From an uncultured delta proteobacterium (GTDB lineage Bacteria; Myxococcota_A; Polyangia; Polyangiales; Polyangiaceae): 64,000 nucleotides of DNA. Below, in pieces: positions 49,860 to 60,317 of this stretch (position 1 is its first letter; every line of letters begins with the position of its first letter). The stretch is from assembly GCA_963841435.1 (NCBI GenBank), contig CAWJCS010000005.1, forward strand, positions 960,001 through 1,024,000, in the 5' to 3' direction. Both the position numbers and the translations under genes were made by a program. Below the pieces are notes generated by a model that worked only from the letters and a program-made list of their open reading frames with translations, was not told the DNA's origin and did no database searches.

Positions 49860-51953
49860 ATGCGCGACTCTCTTCTTATTCAAACTTACTTGGCTTTGGT
49901 CGTCGTCGCCGCCTGCTCGGCGAGCGGCAGCGGCACCACCCCTGGGACCGATCTTTCGGGCGGTACCAGCGCGACGGGCGGCATCGTCGCCTCGGGGGGC
50001 AGCGGCGGCTCACTCGGCGGCAGCGCGGGCACCATCATGGCGAGCGGCGGCTCCCTGCCGGTCGGTGGCACCGGGGCGGAGGATCCCGACGCGCGCGAGC
50101 CGCTCTGTACGGCCGACTGCGCCGACCTGGCCTCGGACGGGCCTTTGCTCGACGACGGCGTGCCGGCGAACGCCCCGGACATGTTCGGCGGAAGCGCCTC
50201 GGGAAGCGGGCCCTGCATCCTCGAGCCGGGCGATCATTCGCTCGTCCCGTTCAACTGGCTGAGGCCCCGGGTCAAAATCGGCGGCTTCCAGTCCGGCACC
50301 ATCTATCAGATCAAGGTGAGCACGCCGCGCGAGAAGGACGTGCTGGTCGCCTACACGAACCGCGACACCTGGATCCTCCCGCCCGAGTACTGGGATAACG
50401 ACGACCCCGACGCCCCGAAGGGTCTCACCTACAACGCCTTCGACGAAGACATCACCGTCAGCGTGCGCGCGGCCGGCGGCGGTGAATCGAATGTCAGCTT
50501 CCAGATCGCACCGGTGAAGGCGGGAGGCTCGATGGTCTTCTGGAGCTCGAACACGACCGAGCCCGGTGCCAATACCAACGCGCTCTACGGCTTCGCCGCG
50601 GGCGACGAGGGCATCGTTTCGGCGCTCAAGCCCCTCGAAGTGCTCGAAACCATCATGGACGACAACGCGGGCAGCCCGAAGCGCGCCATCACCGACAGCC
50701 AGGTCGGCGCGGTTCCCGCGGGCGGCGTGCGCTGCGTCGGCTGCCACACGTCCACGCCGGACGGCGCCGCCGTGAACATCACCGATCACTGGCCCTGGAA
50801 CGTTCGGCTCGTGAACCTCTCCGGCGACAACCGTGGGCACGCCCCCGACTACGTGACCCCCATGGGCGACCTCTTGATGCAGATGCCCTGGCAGGGGGTC
50901 ACGACCTACTCGAAGGGCGATTGGGACGCCGGCCACCGCCGCTACGTGACTTCGTTCGCGCCGCGCCCGTCAACGGTCGCGAGCGAGCCCTGGAAGTTCT
51001 GGGGCGTCGACTGCGGCAACGGCGTCGAGTGCCCGTACACCGGCCACGACGACCTCATCTGGGTCGACCTCGCCGCCGCGGGCACGCCGCCCACCGACAA
51101 CAACGACAACGCGATCTCCAAGGCGCTCATCGCCGCGCAGAACGCCGGCTGGGGCATCATCGCCCGCACGGGCGACGCGAACGGCGCCGTGCTGCCCGAC
51201 TTCAGCCACGACGGCACGAGCATCGTCTACACGTCGACGGACGCGACGGCGGACGGGCACGTCGGCGTTCAGCCGTACAAGAACGTACCGGTGCCCACCA
51301 AGGTGGACCTCTTCACGGTGCCTTTCAACGACGGGCAGGGCGGCCCGGCGGCGCCCGTTGCCGGCGCGAGCGGGCCCGACGATGCCGAGTATTACCCGGA
51401 CTATTCGGCCGACGACGCGCTCCTCGCCTACACGCGCGTGTCGGGCTTCAAGCAGATCTTCGCGGCCGCCGCGAACGACGAGGGCAGGAAGATCTACTAT
51501 CGGCCCGAAGCCGAGGTGTTCGTGGTCCCGTCGGCGGGCGGCACCGCCACGCGCCTCGACGCGAACGACCCGCCGGCGTGCAGCGGTGAGTCGAGCCCGG
51601 GTGTCTACAACAGCTGGCCGAAGTGGTCGCCCATCGTGCGTGAGGCGAACGGCAAAAAGTACTATTTTCTGCTCTTTTCGAGCGCACGCCAGTCGGTCGG
51701 CAACATCAAGACCAAAGAGGGCACGGACGTGATGCCCGTCACGCGCATGTCGCAGCTCTACATGGCCGCCATCGTCGAGCAGGCCGGCGTGCTCACGTCC
51801 TACGGCGCCTCCTACCTCTGGAACCAGCGCTACCTCGTGACGGGCCCCAACGAGAACCCCGTGCTCAACGACTTCGCGCAGAACAACGTGACGCCTGCCT
51901 GGGACGAGTTCCAGGCACCGCCGGTCCCGCCGGTGGTCGTCGTCGTGAAGTAG
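49860..51953 (+). CDS. TolB/PD40-like beta-propeller lipoprotein with one CxxCH motif
   Basis: Lipobox VAAC, Gly/Ser linker, CVGCH, PDFSHDG, PDYSADD and NSWPKWSP repeats. Confidence 0.75.
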   Translation: MRDSLLIQTYLALVVVAACSASGSGTTPGTDLSGGTSATGGIVASGGSGGSLGGSAGTIMASGGSLPVGGTGAEDPDAREPLCTADCADLASDGPLLDDGVPANAPDMFGGSASGSGPCILEPGDHSLVPFNWLRPRVKIGGFQSGTIYQIKVSTPREKDVLVAYTNRDTWILPPEYWDNDDPDAPKGLTYNAFDEDITVSVRAAGGGESNVSFQIAPVKAGGSMVFWSSNTTEPGANTNALYGFAAGDEGIVSALKPLEVLETIMDDNAGSPKRAITDSQVGAVPAGGVRCVGCHTSTPDGAAVNITDHWPWNVRLVNLSGDNRGHAPDYVTPMGDLLMQMPWQGVTTYSKGDWDAGHRRYVTSFAPRPSTVASEPWKFWGVDCGNGVECPYTGHDDLIWVDLAAAGTPPTDNNDNAISKALIAAQNAGWGIIARTGDANGAVLPDFSHDGTSIVYTSTDATADGHVGVQPYKNVPVPTKVDLFTVPFNDGQGGPAAPVAGASGPDDAEYYPDYSADDALLAYTRVSGFKQIFAAAANDEGRKIYYRPEAEVFVVPSAGGTATRLDANDPPACSGESSPGVYNSWPKWSPIVREANGKKYYFLLFSSARQSVGNIKTKEGTDVMPVTRMSQLYMAAIVEQAGVLTSYGASYLWNQRYLVTGPNENPVLNDFAQNNVTPAWDEFQAPPVPPVVVVVK

Positions 51954-51956
51954 CGC

Positions 51957-52298
51957 TCAGCCGGAGAGCTTCGCGAGCATGCCGCGCAGCGCCCCTGCGC
52001 GGCGCTCGTCGGACGCGCGCTCGCGTAGCCAGATGGCCTGGCGAAGCGCCTCGGCGGCCTCCACGGGGCGCCTCGCGCGAGCGCAATGCCCGCCGTAGAG
52101 CGCCCAGAGCCGCGCGTCGCCGTGGGCGAGCAAGCACGCCTCTCGGAGGGCGAGCATCGCCTGGCGGGTCTCGCCGCGACGAGTGTGGCGCTTCGCGCGA
52201 CGCAAGAGCGCGTCCTCGCGGCTCTCCGTCTCGACCGGGTGCGGCCTGTGACGCCGGGACATTGCGCTTGGAAGTGCGAAAGCCATGCCAACCTCCAT
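51957..52298 (-). CDS. Small TPR-like hypothetical protein
   Basis: DARLWALYG...EAAEALRQA TPR-like helix pair. Confidence 0.55.
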   Translation of the reverse strand: MEVGMAFALPSAMSRRHRPHPVETESREDALLRRAKRHTRRGETRQAMLALREACLLAHGDARLWALYGGHCARARRPVEAAEALRQAIWLRERASDERRAGALRGMLAKLSG

Positions 52299-52414
52299 CC
52301 TTTCGTCGCCGAGCTCGCTTTCAATGATTCCGCGAGCTCCGGCGCCCGTCCCACATGGTGCGCGACGCGACCCCCGTCACGAGCGTGACAGCAGCGTCAC
52401 ACCGCGAGCAACGC

Positions 52415-53146
52415 TCAGGGATCCGAGAGCAGCGCGAACGGCCGATCCTGCGAGGGTGCCCCGCTGCCGTGCTGGAGCAGCTCCGAGCGGAAGATGACGG
52501 TGCCGTCAGCTGCCGTGATCTCGCCGGCGAGATCGCGCCCCGGCAGCGCAGCGCTCGCCGTGATGCCGAGGCTCGCCTCCTTGTCACCGAGGCGCACGCG
52601 ATAGCTCTTCGTCTCGCAGTCGAGCTCCGCGGGGCCGACCGTGCAGGTGCCGCGGGTCGTCGCGGCGAGCCCGTCGTTCTCGTCCGGTACGACGCTCGTC
52701 GCGGCCATGAGCGCGTCATAGTCGGCGAGGGTGCCGTTCTCTTCGGCGCCGCCGGAAACGCGAGTTACGCGAGCAATTTCGCCGTTTTCGTCGAGCCAGG
52801 TGCGGATGCCGCGGCTGCCCGTGGAGTCCTCGAGCGTGTACTCGATGATCCAGGCATCGTTCTCGTGCGCCACGACGCGCTCGGTGAGGAGCGCAGGCTG
52901 CTTTCTGAAGCTGCCGCTGATCATGTGCACGAAGAAGTCGCCGACGTGGCGATTGGAAGCGGTTTCACCCGCGGCGGGAGACTCACTCGCGGGTGCGGGC
53001 GGGATCGCCGAAGGCGCGGAGGCGGGCGGCGCCTCCGGAAAGAGCACGCTGCAACCGACGCTCGTCAGAACGAGCAACGGGAGCGCACCGAACAGGCACA
53101 CTGGACGGCAGGCGGGGGGAGGGAAACCCGAACTCGACTTGGGCAT
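52415..53146 (-). CDS. Hypothetical lipoprotein
   Basis: Hydrophobic signal ending SVGC, Pro/Ala linker, beta-rich body. Confidence 0.65.
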   Translation of the reverse strand: MPKSSSGFPPPACRPVCLFGALPLLVLTSVGCSVLFPEAPPASAPSAIPPAPASESPAAGETASNRHVGDFFVHMISGSFRKQPALLTERVVAHENDAWIIEYTLEDSTGSRGIRTWLDENGEIARVTRVSGGAEENGTLADYDALMAATSVVPDENDGLAATTRGTCTVGPAELDCETKSYRVRLGDKEASLGITASAALPGRDLAGEITAADGTVIFRSELLQHGSGAPSQDRPFALLSDP

Positions 53147-53247
53147 GCTGTCGGCCTTATCGGACCCTCGACACACGGGCCAACTTTCGGGGAAAAGCCG
53201 CCGTACGGGTGAATTCCGGGGATGAAAGCTGGTATCTTGGGACGTCG

Positions 53248-54846
53248 ATGCCGAACGCGCCCGACGCCCCGGAGAGCGATAGCGCGCGCTCGCAGCGCGA
53301 GCGAACTGAGAGCGCGCTCGAGCAATCGGAGCAGCGCTTCCAGAGCGTCGTCCAGAGCGCGCCCGACGGGGTGGCGATCCTGCGCGGTGCCACGATTCTC
53401 TATTTGAACCCGCGTGGCGCCCGAATGCTCGGGCTCGAGACCCCGGAGGCCGGCATCGGACGACGCATCACCGAGTTCATCGAGTCGGATCAGTCCGGGG
53501 ACGCCGCGGAGCGCATTCGCGACCTCTTGCGAACGGGCAACCAGGCGGAGACGCCGCACGAGTACCGCTCCCACTCACTCGACGGCCGCACGCTCGTCGT
53601 GGAGATTAGCTCCATTCGCATCGAGTTTCTGGGGGGACCCGCCGTGCTCGCCTTCGCCCGCGACGTGACCGAGCGAAAGGCGCTCCAGGCCCGCGTGGCC
53701 CAGGCCGAGCGGCTCTCCGCGCTCGGCGTGCTCTCCGCCGGCGTGGCGCACGAGATCAACAACCCGCTCGCCTACGTGCTCTTGAATCTGGAGTTTCTCG
53801 AGCAATACCTCGACTCCACTCCGGACGGCCCGGAACGCGAGCTTTTGCTCAAGCGCGTGCTCGAGGCGAAACACGGCGCCGACCGCGTCGCGACCATCGT
53901 GCGTGATCTTCGTACCTTCGCGCGTGACGATGCGACCTCGCGCGGCGCCGTCAGCGTCGAGACGACGCTCGAGACGGCGATCAACCTGGTGTCGGCTTCG
54001 CTCGCCACGCGAGCGCGGCTGATCCGCCGCTACCGACCGGTCTCGCTCGTGCTCGGCAATGCCGCCCGACTCGAGCAGGTGTTCGTCAACCTGCTCGTCA
54101 ATGCCGCGCAAGCGATTCCCGAGGGTGGGTCGCCCGAGACACACGCGATCACGGTTGCCGTTTCGGAAAGCGAAGCCGGCGTACAGGTCGCGTTCACCGA
54201 CACGGGCGTCGGCATGCCGGAAGAAACCAAGCAGCAGATCTTCGATCCCTTCTTCACGACGAAAGCCCCGGGTGTCGGCACGGGCCTCGGGCTTCCCATC
54301 TGCCAGGGCATCGTGCGAGCGCACGGCGGCTCGCTCAACGTCGACACGACCGAGGGCGAAGGCAGCACCTTCACGGTGACGCTGCCCAAATTCGTGGGGG
54401 TTCCCATGGTGAGCGAGCCCGAACAACCGGCGCCGCGCGGCGACCAGGGCCGCGGCAGGGTGCTCATCGTCAACGACGACGTGAACGTGGGCAAGACGCT
54501 GAGCCTCGCCCTTCAGCCGATTCACGACATCACGGTGGTGACGAGCGGACCAGCAGCTCTCGCCGAGCTCCGAGCGGCGCGCGGTAGCTACGACGCGATC
54601 CTCTGCGACGTGCTCATGCCCGGCATGACGGGCCGAGAGCTCTTCGACGCTGCACGGGACGAGCTCCCCGAGCTCGACGCGCGCTTCATTTTCATGTCCG
54701 GCGCGCTGTTCACGGGCGGCACGGCCGAGCTCGCCGCGACCTCGCGCAATCGCGTGCTCGAGAAGCCCTTCGACATCCAGCAGGTGCGGGACGCCTTGCA
54801 GAGCGTGGTCGCACGCGTACGACAGCGCTCGTCGCGCGAGCCCTGA
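53248..54846 (+). CDS. Cytoplasmic hybrid sensor histidine kinase (PAS-HisKA-HATPase-REC)
   Basis: PAS ending RDVTERK; AHEINNPL H-box; NLLVNA, DTGVG, FDPFFTTK, GTGLGL; REC with CDVLMP and KPF. Confidence 0.93.
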   Translation: MPNAPDAPESDSARSQRERTESALEQSEQRFQSVVQSAPDGVAILRGATILYLNPRGARMLGLETPEAGIGRRITEFIESDQSGDAAERIRDLLRTGNQAETPHEYRSHSLDGRTLVVEISSIRIEFLGGPAVLAFARDVTERKALQARVAQAERLSALGVLSAGVAHEINNPLAYVLLNLEFLEQYLDSTPDGPERELLLKRVLEAKHGADRVATIVRDLRTFARDDATSRGAVSVETTLETAINLVSASLATRARLIRRYRPVSLVLGNAARLEQVFVNLLVNAAQAIPEGGSPETHAITVAVSESEAGVQVAFTDTGVGMPEETKQQIFDPFFTTKAPGVGTGLGLPICQGIVRAHGGSLNVDTTEGEGSTFTVTLPKFVGVPMVSEPEQPAPRGDQGRGRVLIVNDDVNVGKTLSLALQPIHDITVVTSGPAALAELRAARGSYDAILCDVLMPGMTGRELFDAARDELPELDARFIFMSGALFTGGTAELAATSRNRVLEKPFDIQQVRDALQSVVARVRQRSSREP

Positions 54847-54858
54847 AAAAAGCGCCGC

Positions 54859-57800
54859 TCAGCCGCCCATCAACGACGGCAGCTCGGCACTCAGCACGAT
54901 TCCCTCCGCCGCAGCGCGCGACCGAATCTTTTCCAGGAAATCGGGCAGCATCACGGCCGCCCCGGTCGCGAGCGCGGACGCGCCCACGGCCGTGGCCCAG
55001 CCGAAGGGGCCGAGCGGACGACAGCCGAACGCCTGACTGACGCCCGGCGTCTGCACGATCGCCACGAGCACCGCCGTCGAAGCGAGGCTCGTGACGATCA
55101 CGGGACGGCTCATGCCGCCGGAAAACAGCGTCTGGCCGAGCTGCGTGCCGACGAGCGCCACGAGACCCACGGTGCTCGCCCGCGCGCGCGTGCCCGTGAA
55201 GTGCGCGATACCCCAGGCCGCGCTCGCCCCGAGCGCCGTGAGCGCCGCGCGAGCGACAATCTGACGGGTCAGGAGCTCCCCGAGGGAGGCGTCCGGCCCC
55301 TCGTGGGCGAGCGCGGCGGGCGACCGCGGCACGGGGGGGCGGAGCGCGATGGCCATGGCAGGCGCCACATCGGTGAGCAGGTTGACGAGCAGGAGCTGGC
55401 GCGGATTGAGCGGCGGGCGGCCGTCGATCAAGCCCGCGCCCAGCGTGAAGCCGATCTCGCCGAGGTTGCCGCCGACGAGAATCGAGACGGCGTCGCGCAC
55501 GGCGGCCCACATCGCGCGACCCTCGAGCACGGCGTCGACCAGCGTCTCGAGGCGCGCGTCGGTGAGCAGAATGTCGGCGGCGGCGCGGGCGGCCGTCGTG
55601 CTGTGCTCACCCACGGCGATACCCACGTTGCTGAGCCGGATGGCGGGCGCGTCATTGGCACCGTCACCGACCATGGCGACCACGCGCCCGGCGCGCTGCA
55701 GAGCACGCACGATGCGCACTTTCTGCGCGGGCGTCACGCGCGCGAAGACCGAGACGCGGCGAATGCGACGTGCCAGGTCGGCGTCGCTGATGTCCGAGAG
55801 CTCGGCGCCCGACAGCACACCTCCCGGACTCTGGAGCCCGAGGTCGCGAGCGACGGCCTGCGCCGTGCCGGGGTGGTCGCCCGTGATCATCACGGTGCGG
55901 ACCCCCGCGCGCGACAGCTCCACGATGGCCTGGGCCGCGCTCGCGCGCACGGGGTCGCTGAAGGCGAGGAAGCCGAGGAACGTGAGCCCGACCAACCTTC
56001 TCGGGTCGAGGCTGTCACCCTCGGCGACGAGCCGCTCGGCCACGGCCAGCACGCGCAAACCCTGGGCGGCGAGGGCCGCCGCGCGCCCGCCGAGCTCGGC
56101 GGAGGTCGCGTCATCGAGCGGCTGGCGCTGACCGCCACGCCGCACACCGGTGCAGCGCGCGAGCACCACTTCGGGCGCCCCCTTCACGTCGATGACGACG
56201 CCCTGGTCGCAGTTGCCGACCGTCGCGTGGTAGCCGCGCCCGGCCTCGAACGACACCTCATAGGAGCGGCGAAACCCGGGGCAGGCGTAGTCGAGCGGCA
56301 GCTCGAGGCGGTCGGCGGCCCGGTACAGGGCCTGCTCGGTGGGGTCGAACGAGCGGCCCCCGCGCTCCGCCGACGCCCTGAGCGCGGCGCCGAGCACGGG
56401 CAGCGTCACGGCGTCGAGGTTCGGCAGTCGCTGCTCGGCGCTGCCGTCGGCCGCGAGGACGAGCTCGATGCGTCCCTCCGTGAGCGTCCCCGTCTTGTCG
56501 ACGCACAGCACGTCGATGCGACCGAGCGCTTCGATGCTGCGGACGTTGCGCACGAGCGCGCCGCGCTTGGCGAGGCGCTCCGCGGCGGCGAGCTGGGCGG
56601 CCGTCGCGAGCAGCGGCAACCCTTCGGGCACCGATGCCACCGCGAGACTCACGCCGCTGCCCACGAGATCCTCGAGCTTTCGTCCCCGCACGAGGCCGGC
56701 GATGACGAGCCCCGCTCCGGCTCCGAGCGCGATGGGGCCGGTCAGCTGGATCAGCGAGCGCAGGCGCCGCTCGACGCCGCCGCGCGCGGCGTCCATCTTG
56801 CTCGCGACCGCGCCTCGACGCGCTTCGGTCTCGTCGCCAACGGCGACGACGACGCCGGTCACGCGGCCCGCCGCGATTGCCGTGCCTTCGTAGAGCATCG
56901 AGCTGCGGTCCGCGACGTTGAGATCGAAGGAAGGCTTCGCCTGCTTTTTGACCGGCATCGACTCGCCCGTCATGCTCGAGGCGTCGATCTCGAGCGAGTC
57001 GGCCTCGAGGATGCGACAGTCGGCCGGCACGACGTCGCCCGCCGCGAGCAGCACGACGTCGCCGTGCACGAGCTCCACGTCGTCGATCTCCGAAAGCTGT
57101 CCGCCGCGGCGCACCATGGCCCGGCGCCGCGCCGAGCGTGAAAGCTCCTTGATGGCCTGCTCCGTGCGGAAGCGCTGCACGCCGCCCACGAGCGCATTGA
57201 GCACGACGACGCCGCCCACCATCGTGGCGTCGGCGAACGAGCCCACCGCCGCCGAAAGTCCCGCGCCGGCCGCGAGCAGCGGCGCGAGCGGATTGAACAG
57301 CTCGTCGCTCACGGCCTCGAGCAGCTCGACGACGCCCGACCGGCGGGCAATCTCGCGGCGCCGGCGCAGGATGGCCTGCTTGCGCTCGAGTCCTTCCGGA
57401 CCCGTACCGAGGCGCACGAGCACGGCGCGCACGTCGAGCGCGTGCCACGGCGTGCGGTCGCGAGGTGGCGGCAGCGCGCGACGCACGAGGTTCAGCGAGC
57501 CGCGCGCCCCGTTCAGCATGGAGACGATCGACGCCGCATTGACGACGGCGATCACGCGCCGGCCCGTGAGGGGCAAAACGCCACCCGCCGAGACGAGCGC
57601 ACCGAGCGTCGCGGCACCGAGCGCGATGTTGACGCTCTGCTTGGCGACCTGACGGGCGACGCTCGCCGCGTGGATGATGAAGCGCGGCTCGGAAAGGTCG
57701 TCCGAGCAGAGAATGTGCGCGCCCCAGGGCGGCGCTTCCCCGGGGCGCAGGAGTCCGATCGCGACATCGGCCGCCGCGAGCGCCGCCGCCGTGCCCGTCG

Positions 57801-59286
57801 CGCCGATCACGCACACGCCGCGACCCTCGCGCTGCAGCCGCTGGATGCCGCGCAGCATGCCCTCGCCGTCGGGGATGGTGTCGTCGGCGGCGATGCCGTG
57901 CAGCACGGCGTCGGTGCGCGCCGCAATCACGACGCGCATCCCCGACTCGTGGGCCGCGGCCACGAGCTCGTCGATGCCGAGGCGCGAAACGATCTCGATC
58001 TCGGCGAGCCCCACGACACGACCCTTGAGCTCGAGCGAGAGCACGAGACCGCCCTGATCGCCGAGCTCGCCGGCGCCGGCGACGAGCTCCAAGGGCAGCT
58101 CGCCCGAGTGGGCGCCGAGCGGCTCGAGCACCATGCCCTCCTGTACGCGGCGCGCGACGGGGCGGTCGGGGTCGAACAGCGCGGCCACTGCGTCGCGCGC
58201 CGCCTGCTCGTCCTGATCGGGCGCGAGCACGAGCCGCCGGATCTCCCAGCGGTGGCGCGCCACGAGCTCCCCCGTGAGCACGAGGCAGTCGACGCGGTCG
58301 AGGCGCCGCAACACCGCCGGGTCGAGCACGAGGACCCCACGGCGTGCGAGCGCACGACCGAGCTCGGCGGAGAAAACGTCGCGTCCCAGCTGCGCCGGCT
58401 TGGGCAACCCACCGAACAGCGCCGCCACGGCGCGCTGCACGTTGCGCGTCGCGATGAAGCTCACCAAGAAACCGGCGAGCGACACGAACACGGCGCGATC
58501 GGAATACTCCTCGATGGGTCCGCGCGGCAGCGGGCAGGGTCGCGGCTCCACGGCAGCAATGGGCGGCGCTTCCGGCACGTTGCGCCCGTAAAGCTCGGGC
58601 TCCCGCGCCTCGAAGCTGCGACGGCGCGCGTTGACCTCCGACAGCTTGACGGCATGGTGCAAGAGCTCGACGAACGCGCTGCCCGGGCGCTGTGCCACGC
58701 CATGGCCGAACGCAGCACCCACCTCGAGCATCAGGTCGGCGCGCAATGGACCGAGCCGCTCGTCGAGCGCTCGCCTGAGCCGTGGCGTCAACTGCACGAT
58801 TTGCAGGAGCGACGCGAGCGTGCCCGCGGCGCGCACCGCAGGAATCAACGAGAAGCGCAGGGCGCTGCCGCCCGCGAACGCGAGCGCCTCGGCCGCCAGC
58901 ACGACGAGCAACCGCTCGCTGGCCTCCGGATCGACGGGGTGCTGCCACGCCGTGTCGCGAAACGGAGCCGTGTGCACCGAAACGGAGCGCTCGGCAGCCT
59001 CGACGCACTCGACGAGCTCCTCGAGCGTCAGACCCTCGTCCTCGAGCTCGATCACGATGCGCTGCAGTGGCGCGCTGACCCGCACCGAGTGAACGCCGGG
59101 AAGCTCGCAGAGCTCGGCTTCGAGCGCGCGCTTGAGCTCGTCGAGCTCCACGCCGCGCACGTCTCTGAGCTCGACGTGGGCTCGTGCCGGGCCGAGCCAG
59201 GCGCGCCGCTGCCGCGGACCGAATTGTCGCGCCGTGACGGAGAGTGCGTTCTGCACCCGGGTGAGGACGCTGAAGACGGTCGCCAT
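54859..59286 (-). CDS. Large cation-transporting P-type ATPase, CtpH/CtpI-like
   Basis: TGES, VPEGLP, DKTGTLT, KGAPE, MITGDH, VGDGANDAP; ~650 aa N-terminal extension. Confidence 0.92.
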   Translation of the reverse strand: MATVFSVLTRVQNALSVTARQFGPRQRRAWLGPARAHVELRDVRGVELDELKRALEAELCELPGVHSVRVSAPLQRIVIELEDEGLTLEELVECVEAAERSVSVHTAPFRDTAWQHPVDPEASERLLVVLAAEALAFAGGSALRFSLIPAVRAAGTLASLLQIVQLTPRLRRALDERLGPLRADLMLEVGAAFGHGVAQRPGSAFVELLHHAVKLSEVNARRRSFEAREPELYGRNVPEAPPIAAVEPRPCPLPRGPIEEYSDRAVFVSLAGFLVSFIATRNVQRAVAALFGGLPKPAQLGRDVFSAELGRALARRGVLVLDPAVLRRLDRVDCLVLTGELVARHRWEIRRLVLAPDQDEQAARDAVAALFDPDRPVARRVQEGMVLEPLGAHSGELPLELVAGAGELGDQGGLVLSLELKGRVVGLAEIEIVSRLGIDELVAAAHESGMRVVIAARTDAVLHGIAADDTIPDGEGMLRGIQRLQREGRGVCVIGATGTAAALAAADVAIGLLRPGEAPPWGAHILCSDDLSEPRFIIHAASVARQVAKQSVNIALGAATLGALVSAGGVLPLTGRRVIAVVNAASIVSMLNGARGSLNLVRRALPPPRDRTPWHALDVRAVLVRLGTGPEGLERKQAILRRRREIARRSGVVELLEAVSDELFNPLAPLLAAGAGLSAAVGSFADATMVGGVVVLNALVGGVQRFRTEQAIKELSRSARRRAMVRRGGQLSEIDDVELVHGDVVLLAAGDVVPADCRILEADSLEIDASSMTGESMPVKKQAKPSFDLNVADRSSMLYEGTAIAAGRVTGVVVAVGDETEARRGAVASKMDAARGGVERRLRSLIQLTGPIALGAGAGLVIAGLVRGRKLEDLVGSGVSLAVASVPEGLPLLATAAQLAAAERLAKRGALVRNVRSIEALGRIDVLCVDKTGTLTEGRIELVLAADGSAEQRLPNLDAVTLPVLGAALRASAERGGRSFDPTEQALYRAADRLELPLDYACPGFRRSYEVSFEAGRGYHATVGNCDQGVVIDVKGAPEVVLARCTGVRRGGQRQPLDDATSAELGGRAAALAAQGLRVLAVAERLVAEGDSLDPRRLVGLTFLGFLAFSDPVRASAAQAIVELSRAGVRTVMITGDHPGTAQAVARDLGLQSPGGVLSGAELSDISDADLARRIRRVSVFARVTPAQKVRIVRALQRAGRVVAMVGDGANDAPAIRLSNVGIAVGEHSTTAARAAADILLTDARLETLVDAVLEGRAMWAAVRDAVSILVGGNLGEIGFTLGAGLIDGRPPLNPRQLLLVNLLTDVAPAMAIALRPPVPRSPAALAHEGPDASLGELLTRQIVARAALTALGASAAWGIAHFTGTRARASTVGLVALVGTQLGQTLFSGGMSRPVIVTSLASTAVLVAIVQTPGVSQAFGCRPLGPFGWATAVGASALATGAAVMLPDFLEKIRSRAAAEGIVLSAELPSLMGG

Positions 59287-59291
59287 ACGTT

Positions 59292-60251
59292 TCAGGTCGC
59301 GGCAAACTGCTCGGTCGCGCTCACCAGCTCGTGAACGATACCAGGCTCGAACGCCGAATGGCCCGCATCGGCGACCACACGAAAATCCGCCTCGGGCCAG
59401 GCGCGTGCGAGCTCGTAGGCGCTCGCGAGCGGGCAAATGACGTCATAACGACCCTGCACGATGACGGCAGGGATCTTGCGGATCTTCTCGACGTCCTCGA
59501 TCAGCTGATTTTCGCGCGAAAGGAAGCCGCCGTTGACGAAGTAGTGGCACTCGATGCGCGCAAACGCGAGGCTGAACTGGTCGCCGGCGCAGCTTGCGAT
59601 GTACTCGCGATCCTGAATCAGGTGCGCCGTGCTCGCTTCCCACACGCTCCAGGCACGCGCAGCCTCCTGCCGCACGACGGGATTTTCGCTCGTCAAGCGC
59701 CGGTGATAGGCGGCCATGAGATCACCGCGCTCGGCCTCGGGCACGGGCGCGAGGTAGGCCTGCCAGGCCTCCGGGAAGAACAGACTCGCGCCGCGCTGGT
59801 AGAACCAATCGAGCTCCCAGCGGCGGAGCAAGAAGATGCCGCGCAGCACGAGCTGGGCGACGCGATCCGGATGCTTCTCCGCGTAGGCGAGCGCCAGGGT
59901 GCTGCCCCACGAGCCGCCGAACACGAGCCAACGATCGATGCCTAGGTGCTCGCGCAGCGCCTCGATGTCCGACACCAGGTGCCACGTAGTGTTGTCGGCG
60001 AGCGACGCGTGCGGCTTGCTCTTGCCGCAGCCGCGCTGGTCGAAGAGCACGATGCGGTAGCGCTCCGGATCGAAGAACCGGCGCTGGCGCGGGCTCGTGC
60101 CACCCCCCGGGCCGCCATGCAGGAAAACCGCGGGCTTGCCGCGAGGGTTGCCCGACTCTTCGAAGTAGATCGAATGCTCCGGGCTCACCTTGAGAAAGCC
60201 GGTCCGGTAGGGTTGGACCTCGGCGTAAAAACCACGACGCGACTCGCTCAT
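59292..60251 (-). CDS. pip: Prolyl aminopeptidase (proline iminopeptidase)
   Basis: HGGPGGG, DQRGCG.S, GGSWGS, ARIECHYF, QGRYD, AGHS. Confidence 0.95.
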   Translation of the reverse strand: MSESRRGFYAEVQPYRTGFLKVSPEHSIYFEESGNPRGKPAVFLHGGPGGGTSPRQRRFFDPERYRIVLFDQRGCGKSKPHASLADNTTWHLVSDIEALREHLGIDRWLVFGGSWGSTLALAYAEKHPDRVAQLVLRGIFLLRRWELDWFYQRGASLFFPEAWQAYLAPVPEAERGDLMAAYHRRLTSENPVVRQEAARAWSVWEASTAHLIQDREYIASCAGDQFSLAFARIECHYFVNGGFLSRENQLIEDVEKIRKIPAVIVQGRYDVICPLASAYELARAWPEADFRVVADAGHSAFEPGIVHELVSATEQFAAT

Positions 60252-60317
60252 CGGAAGAGCCAGCGTGCCAGACCGCTGGGCGTGCGTCGAGTGCTCGGTC
60301 GTGTTACGCAACCGACC

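Noticed and set aside
54460-54480. Pseudo-receiver domain (VNDD rather than VDDE)
   Set aside because: Phospho-acceptor Asp (CDVLMP), Ser and Lys (KPF) are retained, so it is probably functional
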